40,614 nucleotides of DNA. Origin: Candidatus Dojkabacteria bacterium. GTDB taxonomy: Bacteria > Patescibacteriota > Dojkabacteria > SC72. Location: assembly GCA_050943415.1 (NCBI GenBank), contig JBMNPD010000005.1, positions 1 through 40,614 of the forward strand, in the 5' to 3' direction. Positions 30,051 through 38,466 of the stretch are shown here, piece by piece. The position numbers and the translations under genes are program-made. Numbering within the stretch: position 1 is the stretch's first letter; each line of letters opens with the position of its first letter. Below the pieces are notes generated by a model. The model did not search any database and was not told the origin of the DNA. It was given only the letters and a program-made list of their open reading frames with translations.

Positions 30051-31025
30051 ATGAAAGTATGTAAGAATGATATTGGAAAGAGAGCAGATCAGTTTGTTTT
30101 AGAGAAATTGAAAGATATGACAATTAGTAGGACTTTCTTGGTTGAGAATTGGAACACTCTTTTTTTGTTAATTAATGACAAAAAGGTTAAGCCTTCATAC
30201 AGAATTAGAGAGGGTGATAAATATTGGATAGATGAGGAAAAAATTAAAGAGATTCGAAAAGAGAAGAGTAGGGGTATGAAAATTTCAGGAGAGATAGGAG
30301 ATTTGGAAATAGTTTATGAAGATAGTGATTGCTTGGTAGTTAACAAACAGAGTGGTGTAGTTATTCATCCAGGTGTAGGCAACAGAGAAGGTACATTGGC
30401 AAATTTTGTAAAAGGGTGTCTAGAGAAGAAAGGTGAGTTTGATTCTAATGTTAAAAGAGCAGGTATTGTACATAGATTAGACAAAGGAGTCTCTGGTTTG
30501 GTACTGTTTGCTAAAAATTCTAAATCTCAAATATGTTTTCAGAAGCAGTTTGAAAATCATACTGTTCAAAAAATATATCATGCGAAAATAGAAAATGGAG
30601 AGGAGAGTAAGGAGTTAAAAGAATTTGTTCCTAAGAAGAAGAAAAATATTAAAGATGAAATTGAGCAACTGAAAAAGAGTAATTTTCTATGTGATGATAG
30701 TTGGATGAAAGTAGAGGGATATATTGGTAGGAGTAAGAGAAATAGGATGAAAATGGAGTTTACGAGATATGAAAAAGGGGGTAGTAGGTATTCTCTTACA
30801 TATATTAGGCCTCTTTCTGATGATGAGTTGTTAATTAAGATAGAGACAGGAAGAATGCATCAGATTAGGGCTACACTAGAGTATTTAGGTGTAAATATTG
30901 TCGGTGATACACTATATAAAAGTAAGAGTGGTACAGGTGGTATTCCTGATACAATATCTCTGTCATCTGTCTTAATCTCATTAAAGAGGCTAGATGGGAG
31001 TGATTTAACTATTTCTTTGTACTAA
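30051..31025 (+). CDS. RluA/RluD-family pseudouridine synthase
   Basis: VVNKQSGVVIHP, GIVHRLDKGVSG, ETGRMHQIR, IVGDTLY. Confidence 0.92.
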   Translation: MKVCKNDIGKRADQFVLEKLKDMTISRTFLVENWNTLFLLINDKKVKPSYRIREGDKYWIDEEKIKEIRKEKSRGMKISGEIGDLEIVYEDSDCLVVNKQSGVVIHPGVGNREGTLANFVKGCLEKKGEFDSNVKRAGIVHRLDKGVSGLVLFAKNSKSQICFQKQFENHTVQKIYHAKIENGEESKELKEFVPKKKKNIKDEIEQLKKSNFLCDDSWMKVEGYIGRSKRNRMKMEFTRYEKGGSRYSLTYIRPLSDDELLIKIETGRMHQIRATLEYLGVNIVGDTLYKSKSGTGGIPDTISLSSVLISLKRLDGSDLTISLY

Positions 31026-31032
31026 TAATGAT

Positions 31033-32238
31033 ATGCGTAAACGTTTAAGAAAAGAAAACAAACAAAAATCTAGAAAGGTAAATCTGCAGATTCTGGGAAG
31101 AGTTGTTCTATTCTTACTACTCCTTTCTGTATTAATATTAATAGGTAGGGGTGTAATAAATATTCTCTCTATTAAGGTAATAGATTACACTAAGATTAAT
31201 TCTTCTACTGAGTATATTTTGTCAAAAAATAGTACTGATTTGAAAAAGACATTGATAGTTTTCGAAGAAGGATTAGGAGAGAAGAGAAAAATATCTCATG
31301 CATATCTATATGTTGAAAACAGTAAAAAGAAGAATGGTATGTTGGTATATATTCCTAGTAACCTGTATTTTAATGGCCTTGAGGAGGAGTTTGGTAACAA
31401 GATACCTATCTCTTCTTTAAGGTATGCAGGTGATTATCTTCAAAAAGGAAGAGGAGTTGAGTATGCTCTGTGGCAATTTGCCCAGCTTCTTGGTCTAAAA
31501 TATGATGATTATATTTGGATTACTTCAGAGGGAGTAAGTGCTCTAAATCAAACATACGGAAATGTGAGTGATGTTGATAGTGGCTTAACTAATATTTATT
31601 CATATGAGAAAGATTTTAAGTGTGAGAACGATTTCTTGTTTCTAAACTCTGTATCTAAAAAAATTAATTTCTCTAGAACATTAATATATTCAGACAAATT
31701 GAGTGATTTAAATGGAGAAATATATTCTAGTAAGTCTTTCTCAGATATTATGAATTTGTTAAAGGGAATCAACAGAAAGGTAAAGGAGTACAAGGTATAT
31801 ACTTTAGATCTAAGTAATGAGATGTATTCTAAAGAGGAAGATTTGAATAGTGGAGGTAAGGCTAAGGTCTTGGATAGTAAAGCGTATGATGAAGTTTTTA
31901 GAGAAAGGTACGGTAAGATGATTGGAAGTGCTCTTGAGAAAGAGAGAGGGAGGATAGAAGTATACAATGGGAGTGATATATCAGGTATAGCATCTCAGCT
32001 TGGAAGAAAAATAGAAAATTCTGGTGGAGATGTAATCAGATATGGAAATGCTCCTTCATCTGTAGAAAAAACGAAAGTATATGTTCCTAATATTGGTGAG
32101 TATGGAAATACATTCAAACTAGTATCTGAAATTTTGTCTGGTAGATTTGAGGTTGTAGAGGATCGTCCTTCTTTTATGACTACTGGTGATGTGGTTATTA
32201 TACTGGGTAAGGATATCAAATTTATGTATAGTTTCTAA
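31033..32238 (+). CDS. LCP-like protein with LytR C-terminal domain
   Basis: N-terminal basic region plus TM; IEVYNGSDISGIAS...GNA...DVVIILGKD. Confidence 0.75.
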   Translation: MRKRLRKENKQKSRKVNLQILGRVVLFLLLLSVLILIGRGVINILSIKVIDYTKINSSTEYILSKNSTDLKKTLIVFEEGLGEKRKISHAYLYVENSKKKNGMLVYIPSNLYFNGLEEEFGNKIPISSLRYAGDYLQKGRGVEYALWQFAQLLGLKYDDYIWITSEGVSALNQTYGNVSDVDSGLTNIYSYEKDFKCENDFLFLNSVSKKINFSRTLIYSDKLSDLNGEIYSSKSFSDIMNLLKGINRKVKEYKVYTLDLSNEMYSKEEDLNSGGKAKVLDSKAYDEVFRERYGKMIGSALEKERGRIEVYNGSDISGIASQLGRKIENSGGDVIRYGNAPSSVEKTKVYVPNIGEYGNTFKLVSEILSGRFEVVEDRPSFMTTGDVVIILGKDIKFMYSF

Positions 32239-32278
32239 ATGTTGCTAATTCTTGAGTTTTAATCTAGAATTTTAACGT

Positions 32279-34816
32279 ATGTTAATCATCATTCTAATTA
32301 TATTAATAATTTCGATTCTGTTTGTTGTTTTCCTTATGATATGGGGAAGAAAAAATGTTGAGAAAGTTGAGGTATACGAAGATTTAAGAAATCCATGTGT
32401 TATGCAGGTACTTGTTCCTAGAGAGAATGATAAGTCTGCACTTGCTGCTGAGCAAATGTTTGCTTCCATACATGGTGTTTTAGAGGGTAACAAAAAGTGT
32501 CTTGATGTTGTGAGTTTGGAGATTGTGTCTATTGAGGATAGTGGTATTAAGTTTTTCATAGTAGCACCAAATCACTTAGCAAAGTTTGTAGAAGGTCAGG
32601 TATATGCTCAGTATCCTAATGCAGATATTCGTTTTGTTTCTGATTATGTGAATGAGAAGGTTGGTAGTAATGATAGTTTTGTTACAACTGGTGAGATTGA
32701 GATGGAAAAGGATTCCATATTTCCAATTAAAACATTTAGAAATTTTGAAGTAGATCCTCTTGCTGCAATAACTGGAGCTATGTCTAAATTGAATATGGGG
32801 GAACAGGTTTGGTTACAAATTATCATTCGTCCTGTGTCTAACTATTGGCAGGCTGAATCTAAAAACTACATAACAGCAATTAAGGAAGGATTAGATCCTA
32901 ACGGTATGTCCTTTGGTGCTTTGCTTGGTAAGATGGTTGGCGGTATAGGAAAGGCTTTGACGACATCTCCAGATGAAAAACCACAGAAGGAGGTTGTTAA
33001 ATTACAGCCAGGACAGGAGGAGGAGTTGAGTGAGATAGAGAATAAGACTTTGAAGGTAGGTTTTGAGTTTAAGATAAGGATAGTGACTAAAGCACAGGAT
33101 CAGTTTAGATCGGAACAAATCTTACGTGATGTGGTAGCAAGTTTTAAACAGTTTACTACAGCTCATCTTAATAACTTTATACATGCTGAACCAGAGAAGT
33201 CTGGTAAAGAGATATATGATGAGTATGTGGCAAGACATATGGAGGATGGTCAGGATATTGTAAATATTGAAGAGTTGGCATCTTTGTATCACTTGCCAAA
33301 TATCTCTGTAGAGACACCGAACATTGCTTGGAGTAGGTCTAAGAAATTAGAACCTCCTATGAATCTTCCAAAAGCGACTGATGGTGATGTTACTATATTT
33401 GGAGAGACAGATTATCGTGATGTTAAGGTTCAGTTTGGTTTGAAGAGAATGGATAGGCAGAGGCATTTCTACTTGCTTGGTAAAACTGGTACTGGTAAGT
33501 CTACACTGTTTAAAAATATGTTCATATCTGACATCTTGTCAGGAGATGGAGCTTGTTTTATTGATCCTCACGGTGATACTGTAGAAGAATTACTTCAATA
33601 TATTCCTCCTAACAGGGTAGAGGATGTTGTGTATTTTAATCCTGCTGATGTTGAGCGTCCAATCGGGTTTAATCTTCTTGAGCTAAAAGATCAATCACAG
33701 AGAGATTTAATTGCAGATGGGGTGGTAGAGGTGTTTAAGAAGCAGTTCGGAGATTCGTGGGGGCCTAGACTACAATATATTTTGACTAATGCAGTAGCTA
33801 CTACTCTAGAAGCTCAGGGTACAACTCTTTTGGCTGTTACGAGAATTTTAATAGATGCTAACTATCGTAAATTTATACTAAAACAGGTAAATGATCCCAT
33901 ACTGTATAAATTTTGGGTAGATGAATTTGCACAGATGTCACAGAACAATAAGTTACTTTCAGAGACGGTTTCTCCTATACAGAACAAGGTTGGTAGGTTC
34001 ATATCTTCTGCTGTTACAAGAAATATTGTGGGACAGGTGAAATCAACTATTGATTTGAGAGAGATTATGGATAACAAGAAGATCTTGTTGGTAAATTTAG
34101 CACAAGGTAAATTAGGTGAAGAGACAGCTTCTTTGTTAGGAGGAATGATTATTACTAGATTACAGGCTACCGCTATGGAGAGAGTAGATGTTCCAGAAGA
34201 GGAGAGAGAGGATTTCTTCTTGTATGTTGATGAGTTTCAGAATTTTGCGACTGAGTCTTTTGCAAAGATTCTTTCTGAAGCTAGAAAATACAAACTAGAT
34301 TTGACTATGACTAACCAATATATTGATCAACTTCCATTAACTGTAAGACAGGCTATATTTGGTAATGTTGGAACTTTGGGTTCTTTTGTAGTTAGTCAAT
34401 CTGATGCAAGTATATTGGAGAAAGAGTTTGCACCTATGGTTAGTGCAGGAGATTTGGTTTCTCTTGATGCGTACTCTATGTATGTAAAACTTTGTATTGA
34501 TGGAATGACATCAGTTCCGTTTAGTGCTAAATCTTTACCTATTAGGTATGAGAAGTTCGGATTAAGTGAGGAGATAATAGCTCATTCTAGGGAAAAGTAC
34601 GGCACTTCTAAGGTTGAGATAGAGGAGAAGATAGCTAAGTGGAGTAGTCAAACATATAGTGATAAGGGGAATAGGAGTAATATGAATGTTAAGCAGGAGC
34701 AAGGAAAACCTAAATCTCAAGAAAAGAAAGAAGTAATATCTAATACAGCTGAACAGCAGGAAGGTGGAGAGAAAGTTGATCAGGAAAATACTGCTAAACT
34801 AGAAAAAGACGAGTAG
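32279..34816 (+). CDS. VirD4/TraD-like (HerA/FtsK superfamily) membrane-anchored ATPase
   Basis: N-terminal TM, HFYLLGKTGTGKS, IDPHGD, LYVDEFQNF, LSEARKY, NQYIDQL. TTGCTA-17nt-TAGAAT promoter at 32242-32270. Confidence 0.85.
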   Translation: MLIIILIILIISILFVVFLMIWGRKNVEKVEVYEDLRNPCVMQVLVPRENDKSALAAEQMFASIHGVLEGNKKCLDVVSLEIVSIEDSGIKFFIVAPNHLAKFVEGQVYAQYPNADIRFVSDYVNEKVGSNDSFVTTGEIEMEKDSIFPIKTFRNFEVDPLAAITGAMSKLNMGEQVWLQIIIRPVSNYWQAESKNYITAIKEGLDPNGMSFGALLGKMVGGIGKALTTSPDEKPQKEVVKLQPGQEEELSEIENKTLKVGFEFKIRIVTKAQDQFRSEQILRDVVASFKQFTTAHLNNFIHAEPEKSGKEIYDEYVARHMEDGQDIVNIEELASLYHLPNISVETPNIAWSRSKKLEPPMNLPKATDGDVTIFGETDYRDVKVQFGLKRMDRQRHFYLLGKTGTGKSTLFKNMFISDILSGDGACFIDPHGDTVEELLQYIPPNRVEDVVYFNPADVERPIGFNLLELKDQSQRDLIADGVVEVFKKQFGDSWGPRLQYILTNAVATTLEAQGTTLLAVTRILIDANYRKFILKQVNDPILYKFWVDEFAQMSQNNKLLSETVSPIQNKVGRFISSAVTRNIVGQVKSTIDLREIMDNKKILLVNLAQGKLGEETASLLGGMIITRLQATAMERVDVPEEEREDFFLYVDEFQNFATESFAKILSEARKYKLDLTMTNQYIDQLPLTVRQAIFGNVGTLGSFVVSQSDASILEKEFAPMVSAGDLVSLDAYSMYVKLCIDGMTSVPFSAKSLPIRYEKFGLSEEIIAHSREKYGTSKVEIEEKIAKWSSQTYSDKGNRSNMNVKQEQGKPKSQEKKEVISNTAEQQEGGEKVDQENTAKLEKDE

Positions 34817-34868
34817 TGATATGTTTCTATTAGTGTTTTCATACTTTCTTGGTGTATAATCAAAACAT

Positions 34869-35648
34869 ATGTCAGGACATTCCAAGTGGGATACAATTAA
34901 ACATAAGAAAGCAATAAATGATGCTAAGAAAGGTAAGAGTTTCTCCAAGATATCAGCCTTGATATCTCATGCTGCTAAGCAAGGTGGTGGTGATCCTAAT
35001 ATGAATCCTACTTTGAGATTGTATATATCTAAAGCAAAGGAGTTGGGTTTTGCTACAGACAAGATAGAGAAAGCTATACAGAAAGGTACAGGAGAGAGTG
35101 GAGATGGAGTAATCTTTGAAGAGGTTACATATGAGGGGTTTGGTCCTTTTGGTATTCAGATAATTGTAGATACTTTGACGGATAACAAGAATAGAACGGT
35201 AGCTGATTTAAGGCAAATGTTTGATAGTATAGGAGGAAATATGGGTGATACAGGGTCTGTTTCTTGGAATTTTGAAACAAAGGGATATATTCAAATATTT
35301 TCAGGGCATATGGAGAAGTCACCTAAGTATGGTGAGGCAGATATTTATGTAGAGGATAATCCAGAAGAGGTTATGCTTTCTTTGATGGATATAGATGGTG
35401 TACTGGATATTGAAGAGATAGAGGAGAATGGTAAGAAAGGTTTTGTAATATATACCAAGTATGATAGTTTTGGATTTGTAAGAGATGAGATAGGTAAACT
35501 TGGGTATGTTATGAAGGATGCTGAGTTAATAAAGGAAGCGAATATCATAAAAGAATTATCACCAGAAGAGTATGAGAAAGCACAAGGAGCTATATCCAAA
35601 TTAGAAGAACATGATGATGTACAGAATGTTTGGAGTGATATAGAATAA
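34869..35648 (+). CDS. yebC: YebC/PmpR family protein
   Basis: MSGHSKW, DPNMNPTLR, YEGFGP, TDNKNRT, LEEHDDVQNVW. Confidence 0.96.
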   Translation: MSGHSKWDTIKHKKAINDAKKGKSFSKISALISHAAKQGGGDPNMNPTLRLYISKAKELGFATDKIEKAIQKGTGESGDGVIFEEVTYEGFGPFGIQIIVDTLTDNKNRTVADLRQMFDSIGGNMGDTGSVSWNFETKGYIQIFSGHMEKSPKYGEADIYVEDNPEEVMLSLMDIDGVLDIEEIEENGKKGFVIYTKYDSFGFVRDEIGKLGYVMKDAELIKEANIIKELSPEEYEKAQGAISKLEEHDDVQNVWSDIE

Positions 35649-35676
35649 GGACAAAAACCCTATGGCATAGTATAAT
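35648..35676 (+). promoter_or_regulatory. Cassette 1 promoter
   Basis: AGGACA-17nt-TATAAT. Confidence 0.65.
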
Positions 35677-35765
35677 ACGGTCATATCTATTATCTTAGAT
35701 ATAGGTATGTAGTTCATTCACAACAAAGGGTTGAAAGATTAGAAAATAAAACGAAAGGAGATGTT

Positions 35766-36119
35766 ATGAAAATAAAAGGAAACGTGTTGTTTGATAAAAG
35801 TTATGAGATTTTGTGTTATACAATAGTTCTTGTTTTTGCTTGTATCGTAGGGCTAAGTATAATAGATTTTGAACGATTTGTGATGGTTTTTCCGTTCCTT
35901 TGTTATATTCTAGCTATTGTTATGATTTTTGTTGGATTAGTTGGTTTTGTTACACAACAAAAACCTCTTTGTATAAAGGTATGTGCTTGGGGTATTGCTG
36001 GGGGATTAATCTGTATTGCTGGCGGATTAATTACCAGTGGTTTGGTGCTAGATTATACAATACTAGCAATTGTATTAATACTCTCACTAATCATAGCTTT
36101 TATTAGCTTGTTTTTGTAA
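35766..36119 (+). CDS. Small 4-TM membrane protein (cassette 1 cargo)
   Basis: 117 aa with four hydrophobic segments; SD AAAGGAG at 35754-35760. Confidence 0.8.
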   Translation: MKIKGNVLFDKSYEILCYTIVLVFACIVGLSIIDFERFVMVFPFLCYILAIVMIFVGLVGFVTQQKPLCIKVCAWGIAGGLICIAGGLITSGLVLDYTILAIVLILSLIIAFISLFL

Positions 36120-36138
36120 TTCAATCCTTGTTGTTACA

Positions 36139-36190
36139 AAGGGATTCTATATACATGTATTCATACAGTGTAAAGAATCCCTTCTTTTTT
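36139..36190 (+). terminator. Intrinsic terminator of cassette 1
   Basis: AAGGGATTCT/AGAATCCCTT stem followed by CTTTTTT. Confidence 0.75.
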
Positions 36191-36246
36191 ATATTCAAAT
36201 TAGAAGAGCATGATGATGTGCAGAATGTTTGGAGTGATATAGAGTA

Positions 36247-36275
36247 AAGACAAAGACCCTATAGTGTGGTATAAT
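36247..36275 (+). promoter_or_regulatory. Cassette 2 promoter
   Basis: AAGACA-17nt-TATAAT with extended TG. Confidence 0.7.
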
Positions 36276-36452
36276 ATGGTCGTATATGTACTATCTTAGT
36301 ATAGATATATAGTACGTTAACAACAAAGGATTATATATATTCTTCTTTTAATTTCACATATGCTGTATTTAGTTATTAAATATCTTTATTTAATAATTAT
36401 ATTCAGCATATGCTGAATACTTTGAAGGTCCTAATGAGAAAAGGAGAAAAAA

Positions 36453-36731
36453 ATGAATAAAAGAATAGTCATTGGTTTTAAAAAATTATTGGGAGGAAAG
36501 ACAGATGAAGCGGTGGAAAAAATCCGCATTGTAGGGAGAAGTGATGAAGTGGAAAACCGTATTAAAATCTTGGTAAGAATAGTGGTATTCAATGCTAAAA
36601 CGGGAAAAAAGGTCATGAACCTTTTTTACTTATCAGATGCAGAAATCACTAAACTAAAGGAATGGTTCGCTTCGAAGGATATGCATGTTCGTGAGGGAAT
36701 AGTTAAGGAGGTACAGATTACAATAGAATAA
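36453..36731 (+). CDS. Hypothetical 92-aa basic protein (cassette 2 cargo)
   Basis: SD AAGGAG at 36441-36446; stop codon overlaps the 3' arm. Confidence 0.75.
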   Translation: MNKRIVIGFKKLLGGKTDEAVEKIRIVGRSDEVENRIKILVRIVVFNAKTGKKVMNLFYLSDAEITKLKEWFASKDMHVREGIVKEVQITIE

Positions 36732-36747
36732 TAATCCTTTGTTAATA

Positions 36748-36788
36748 GGAGGAACTTTTTACAAAATACAGTAAGAAGTTCCTTCTTT
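36748..36788 (+). terminator. 3' hairpin of cassette 2
   Basis: GGAGGAACTTTTTAC/GTAAGAAGTTCCTTC (15 bp, 2 G-U) followed by TTT. Confidence 0.65.
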
Positions 36789-36812
36789 ACAATATATTTT
36801 CATCTAATAATA

Positions 36813-36841
36813 TTGTATCTAAACCTATAGTATGATATAAT
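36813..36841 (+). promoter_or_regulatory. Cassette 3 promoter
   Basis: TTGTAT-17nt-TATAAT with extended TG. Confidence 0.75.
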
Positions 36842-37027
36842 AAGACTAGATATCTAATATATCTTAGTATATATAGATATTACTGCTCATTAACAACAAA
36901 GGATTATATTTCTCCTTTTAATTCCACATATGCTGTATTTAGTTATTAAATATCTTTATTTAATGATTGTATTCAGCGTATGCTGGAAAAATAAAAAACC
37001 TCTGACAAAGAGAAAAAGGAGAGAGAA

Positions 37028-37357
37028 ATGGAAAACACAGTAAAAATTTTTGAGCAAATCACTCCTAATATCATTCTGGAGTGGAAGAGTGAAAGAGACA
37101 TTGTAATTCATGTCTCAAGCCCCATAATGGGTGTGAAATTGTCCGCGTATCTAGACGATACTTTGGACCAGAAGGTCTTAAACAGAATGTATGGATTAGC
37201 GGGCGTCAATTGTGTAAAAATCGATTTTTACACAATTGAAGTAAACATCGGATTGTTTTTCACTTTTGGAGCAAGAGAAGACGAAAAGTCTCTCTTGAAC
37301 AAACTGATTGACATTGCAATTGAAGCAGTGGAGATCAGCAAAAAACCTCCCTACTAG
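37028..37357 (+). CDS. Hypothetical protein, Nfu_N-like fold (cassette 3 cargo)
   Basis: SD AAGGAG; MYGLAGVNCVKIDFYTIEVNIG aligns by eye with the 38059 ORF. Confidence 0.7.
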   Translation: MENTVKIFEQITPNIILEWKSERDIVIHVSSPIMGVKLSAYLDDTLDQKVLNRMYGLAGVNCVKIDFYTIEVNIGLFFTFGAREDEKSLLNKLIDIAIEAVEISKKPPY

Positions 37358-37371
37358 ATCCTTTGTTGTTC

Positions 37372-37417
37372 GAGGGAACTTCCTTACATGTTTTTGTTTT
37401 TTGTAAGAAGTTCCCTC
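37372..37417 (+). terminator. 3' hairpin of cassette 3 (no U-tract)
   Basis: GAGGGAACTTC(C)TTACA/TGTAAGAAGTTCCCTC. Confidence 0.5.
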
Positions 37418-37521
37418 TAGAACACCTCTTTAGTATGTGTAAAAATATCTCTTTAATAGATATACAAGACTTTATCCAATTATAAATAAAAGAACGTTAA
37501 TATATACAATGTTATATAACA

Positions 37522-37550
37522 TTGAGGTATAACCTATAGAGTGATATAAT
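37522..37550 (+). promoter_or_regulatory. Cassette 4 promoter
   Basis: TTGAGG-17nt-TATAAT with extended TG. Confidence 0.75.
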
Positions 37551-37733
37551 GTGATCAGATATCTACTATCTTAGTATATAGATATTTGTTCATTAACAAC
37601 AAAGGATTATATATATTCTTCTTTTAATTCCACATATGCTGTATTTAGTTATTAAATATCTTTATTTAATGATTGTATTCAGCGTATGCTGGAAAAAATT
37701 TAAAAATATCCCTAATAGGGAAAGGAGAAAATT

Positions 37734-38042
37734 ATGTTGGTCAATCCTACTTATATCTCTTTAATCTCTCTAGAGATTAATAGAGAATCAGTCTCTGAGG
37801 GAAAGAGACGTAAAGTAAATTCGTATGGAAATAAAATTGAGAGGTTCTTTGAATTGAACTACTCAATTATTGGAGATGAGAAAAAAGAAAGATTCATTCA
37901 AGAATTGAAAAAATCTTTCGATGAATATGTTGAGGTTAAATTCCTCAGCAATAGTGAAATTGTAATTAGGAAAAAGAAGTCGGAATGGACTGAAGCAGAG
38001 CTTAGTTCTGTTTTACGTATTCTACACCAATTTGAAAGATAA
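37734..38042 (+). CDS. Hypothetical protein (cassette 4, cargo a)
   Basis: SD AAAGGAG at 37721-37727; 102 aa. Confidence 0.7.
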   Translation: MLVNPTYISLISLEINRESVSEGKRRKVNSYGNKIERFFELNYSIIGDEKKERFIQELKKSFDEYVEVKFLSNSEIVIRKKKSEWTEAELSSVLRILHQFER

Positions 38043-38058
38043 TAAAAAAGGAGAAAAA

Positions 38059-38466
38059 ATGTCAAATTTATCTGAAATTGACGAATCTCTCTTAAATAGG
38101 GTAAGAAGTAGCCCAGAAACTTTTGATGAGAGATTAGAATCAGGTATCACTATTGAATATTATCCATATGACTATGTTATCTCATTTCATGTTCCTTGGA
38201 AAATATCAGACAAAAATTTCTCATTGTGGAGAGCACAGTTCTATAAGCTTTCTACTGAGTTTACTGATGTTGATCCTGATGAGATGTGTAAACAAATAAT
38301 GTCGCAGATTTCTGAGATAGAAGGAGTAACAGATATAACTGCGAGTTATAATGAATTATCGGTATCAAAAAACCGGCTGTATAGCTGGGGTTGTAAAGAT
38401 GACAGGGAAAGTATACTTTTTAAGATTATTAAAATCTTAGAGAATTCTCGCCCTAATAGGGGGTAA
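38059..38466 (+). CDS. Hypothetical protein, Nfu_N-like fold (cassette 4, cargo b)
   Basis: Start moved to ATG 38059, after AAGGAG at 38048-38053; ISEIEGVTDITASYNELSVSKNRLYSW resembles the NifU N-terminal domain pattern. Confidence 0.72.
   Translation: MSNLSEIDESLLNRVRSSPETFDERLESGITIEYYPYDYVISFHVPWKISDKNFSLWRAQFYKLSTEFTDVDPDEMCKQIMSQISEIEGVTDITASYNELSVSKNRLYSWGCKDDRESILFKIIKILENSRPNRG

Larger units (their letters stand above)
35591..36330 (+). repeat. Direct repeat of the yebC 3' end plus downstream promoter (35591-~35730 vs 36190-~36330)
   Basis: 54 of 58 nt identical over the coding part; similarity continues through the promoter and 5' scaffold. Confidence 0.92.

Noticed and set aside
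35766-36119. Type I toxin peptide
   Set aside because: At 117 aa with four TM segments it is much larger than typical type I toxins, and no antisense promoter was evident.
38032-38058. Upstream start for the last cargo ORF
   Set aside because: It is a TTG overlapping the previous gene; ATG 38059 has a strong SD.
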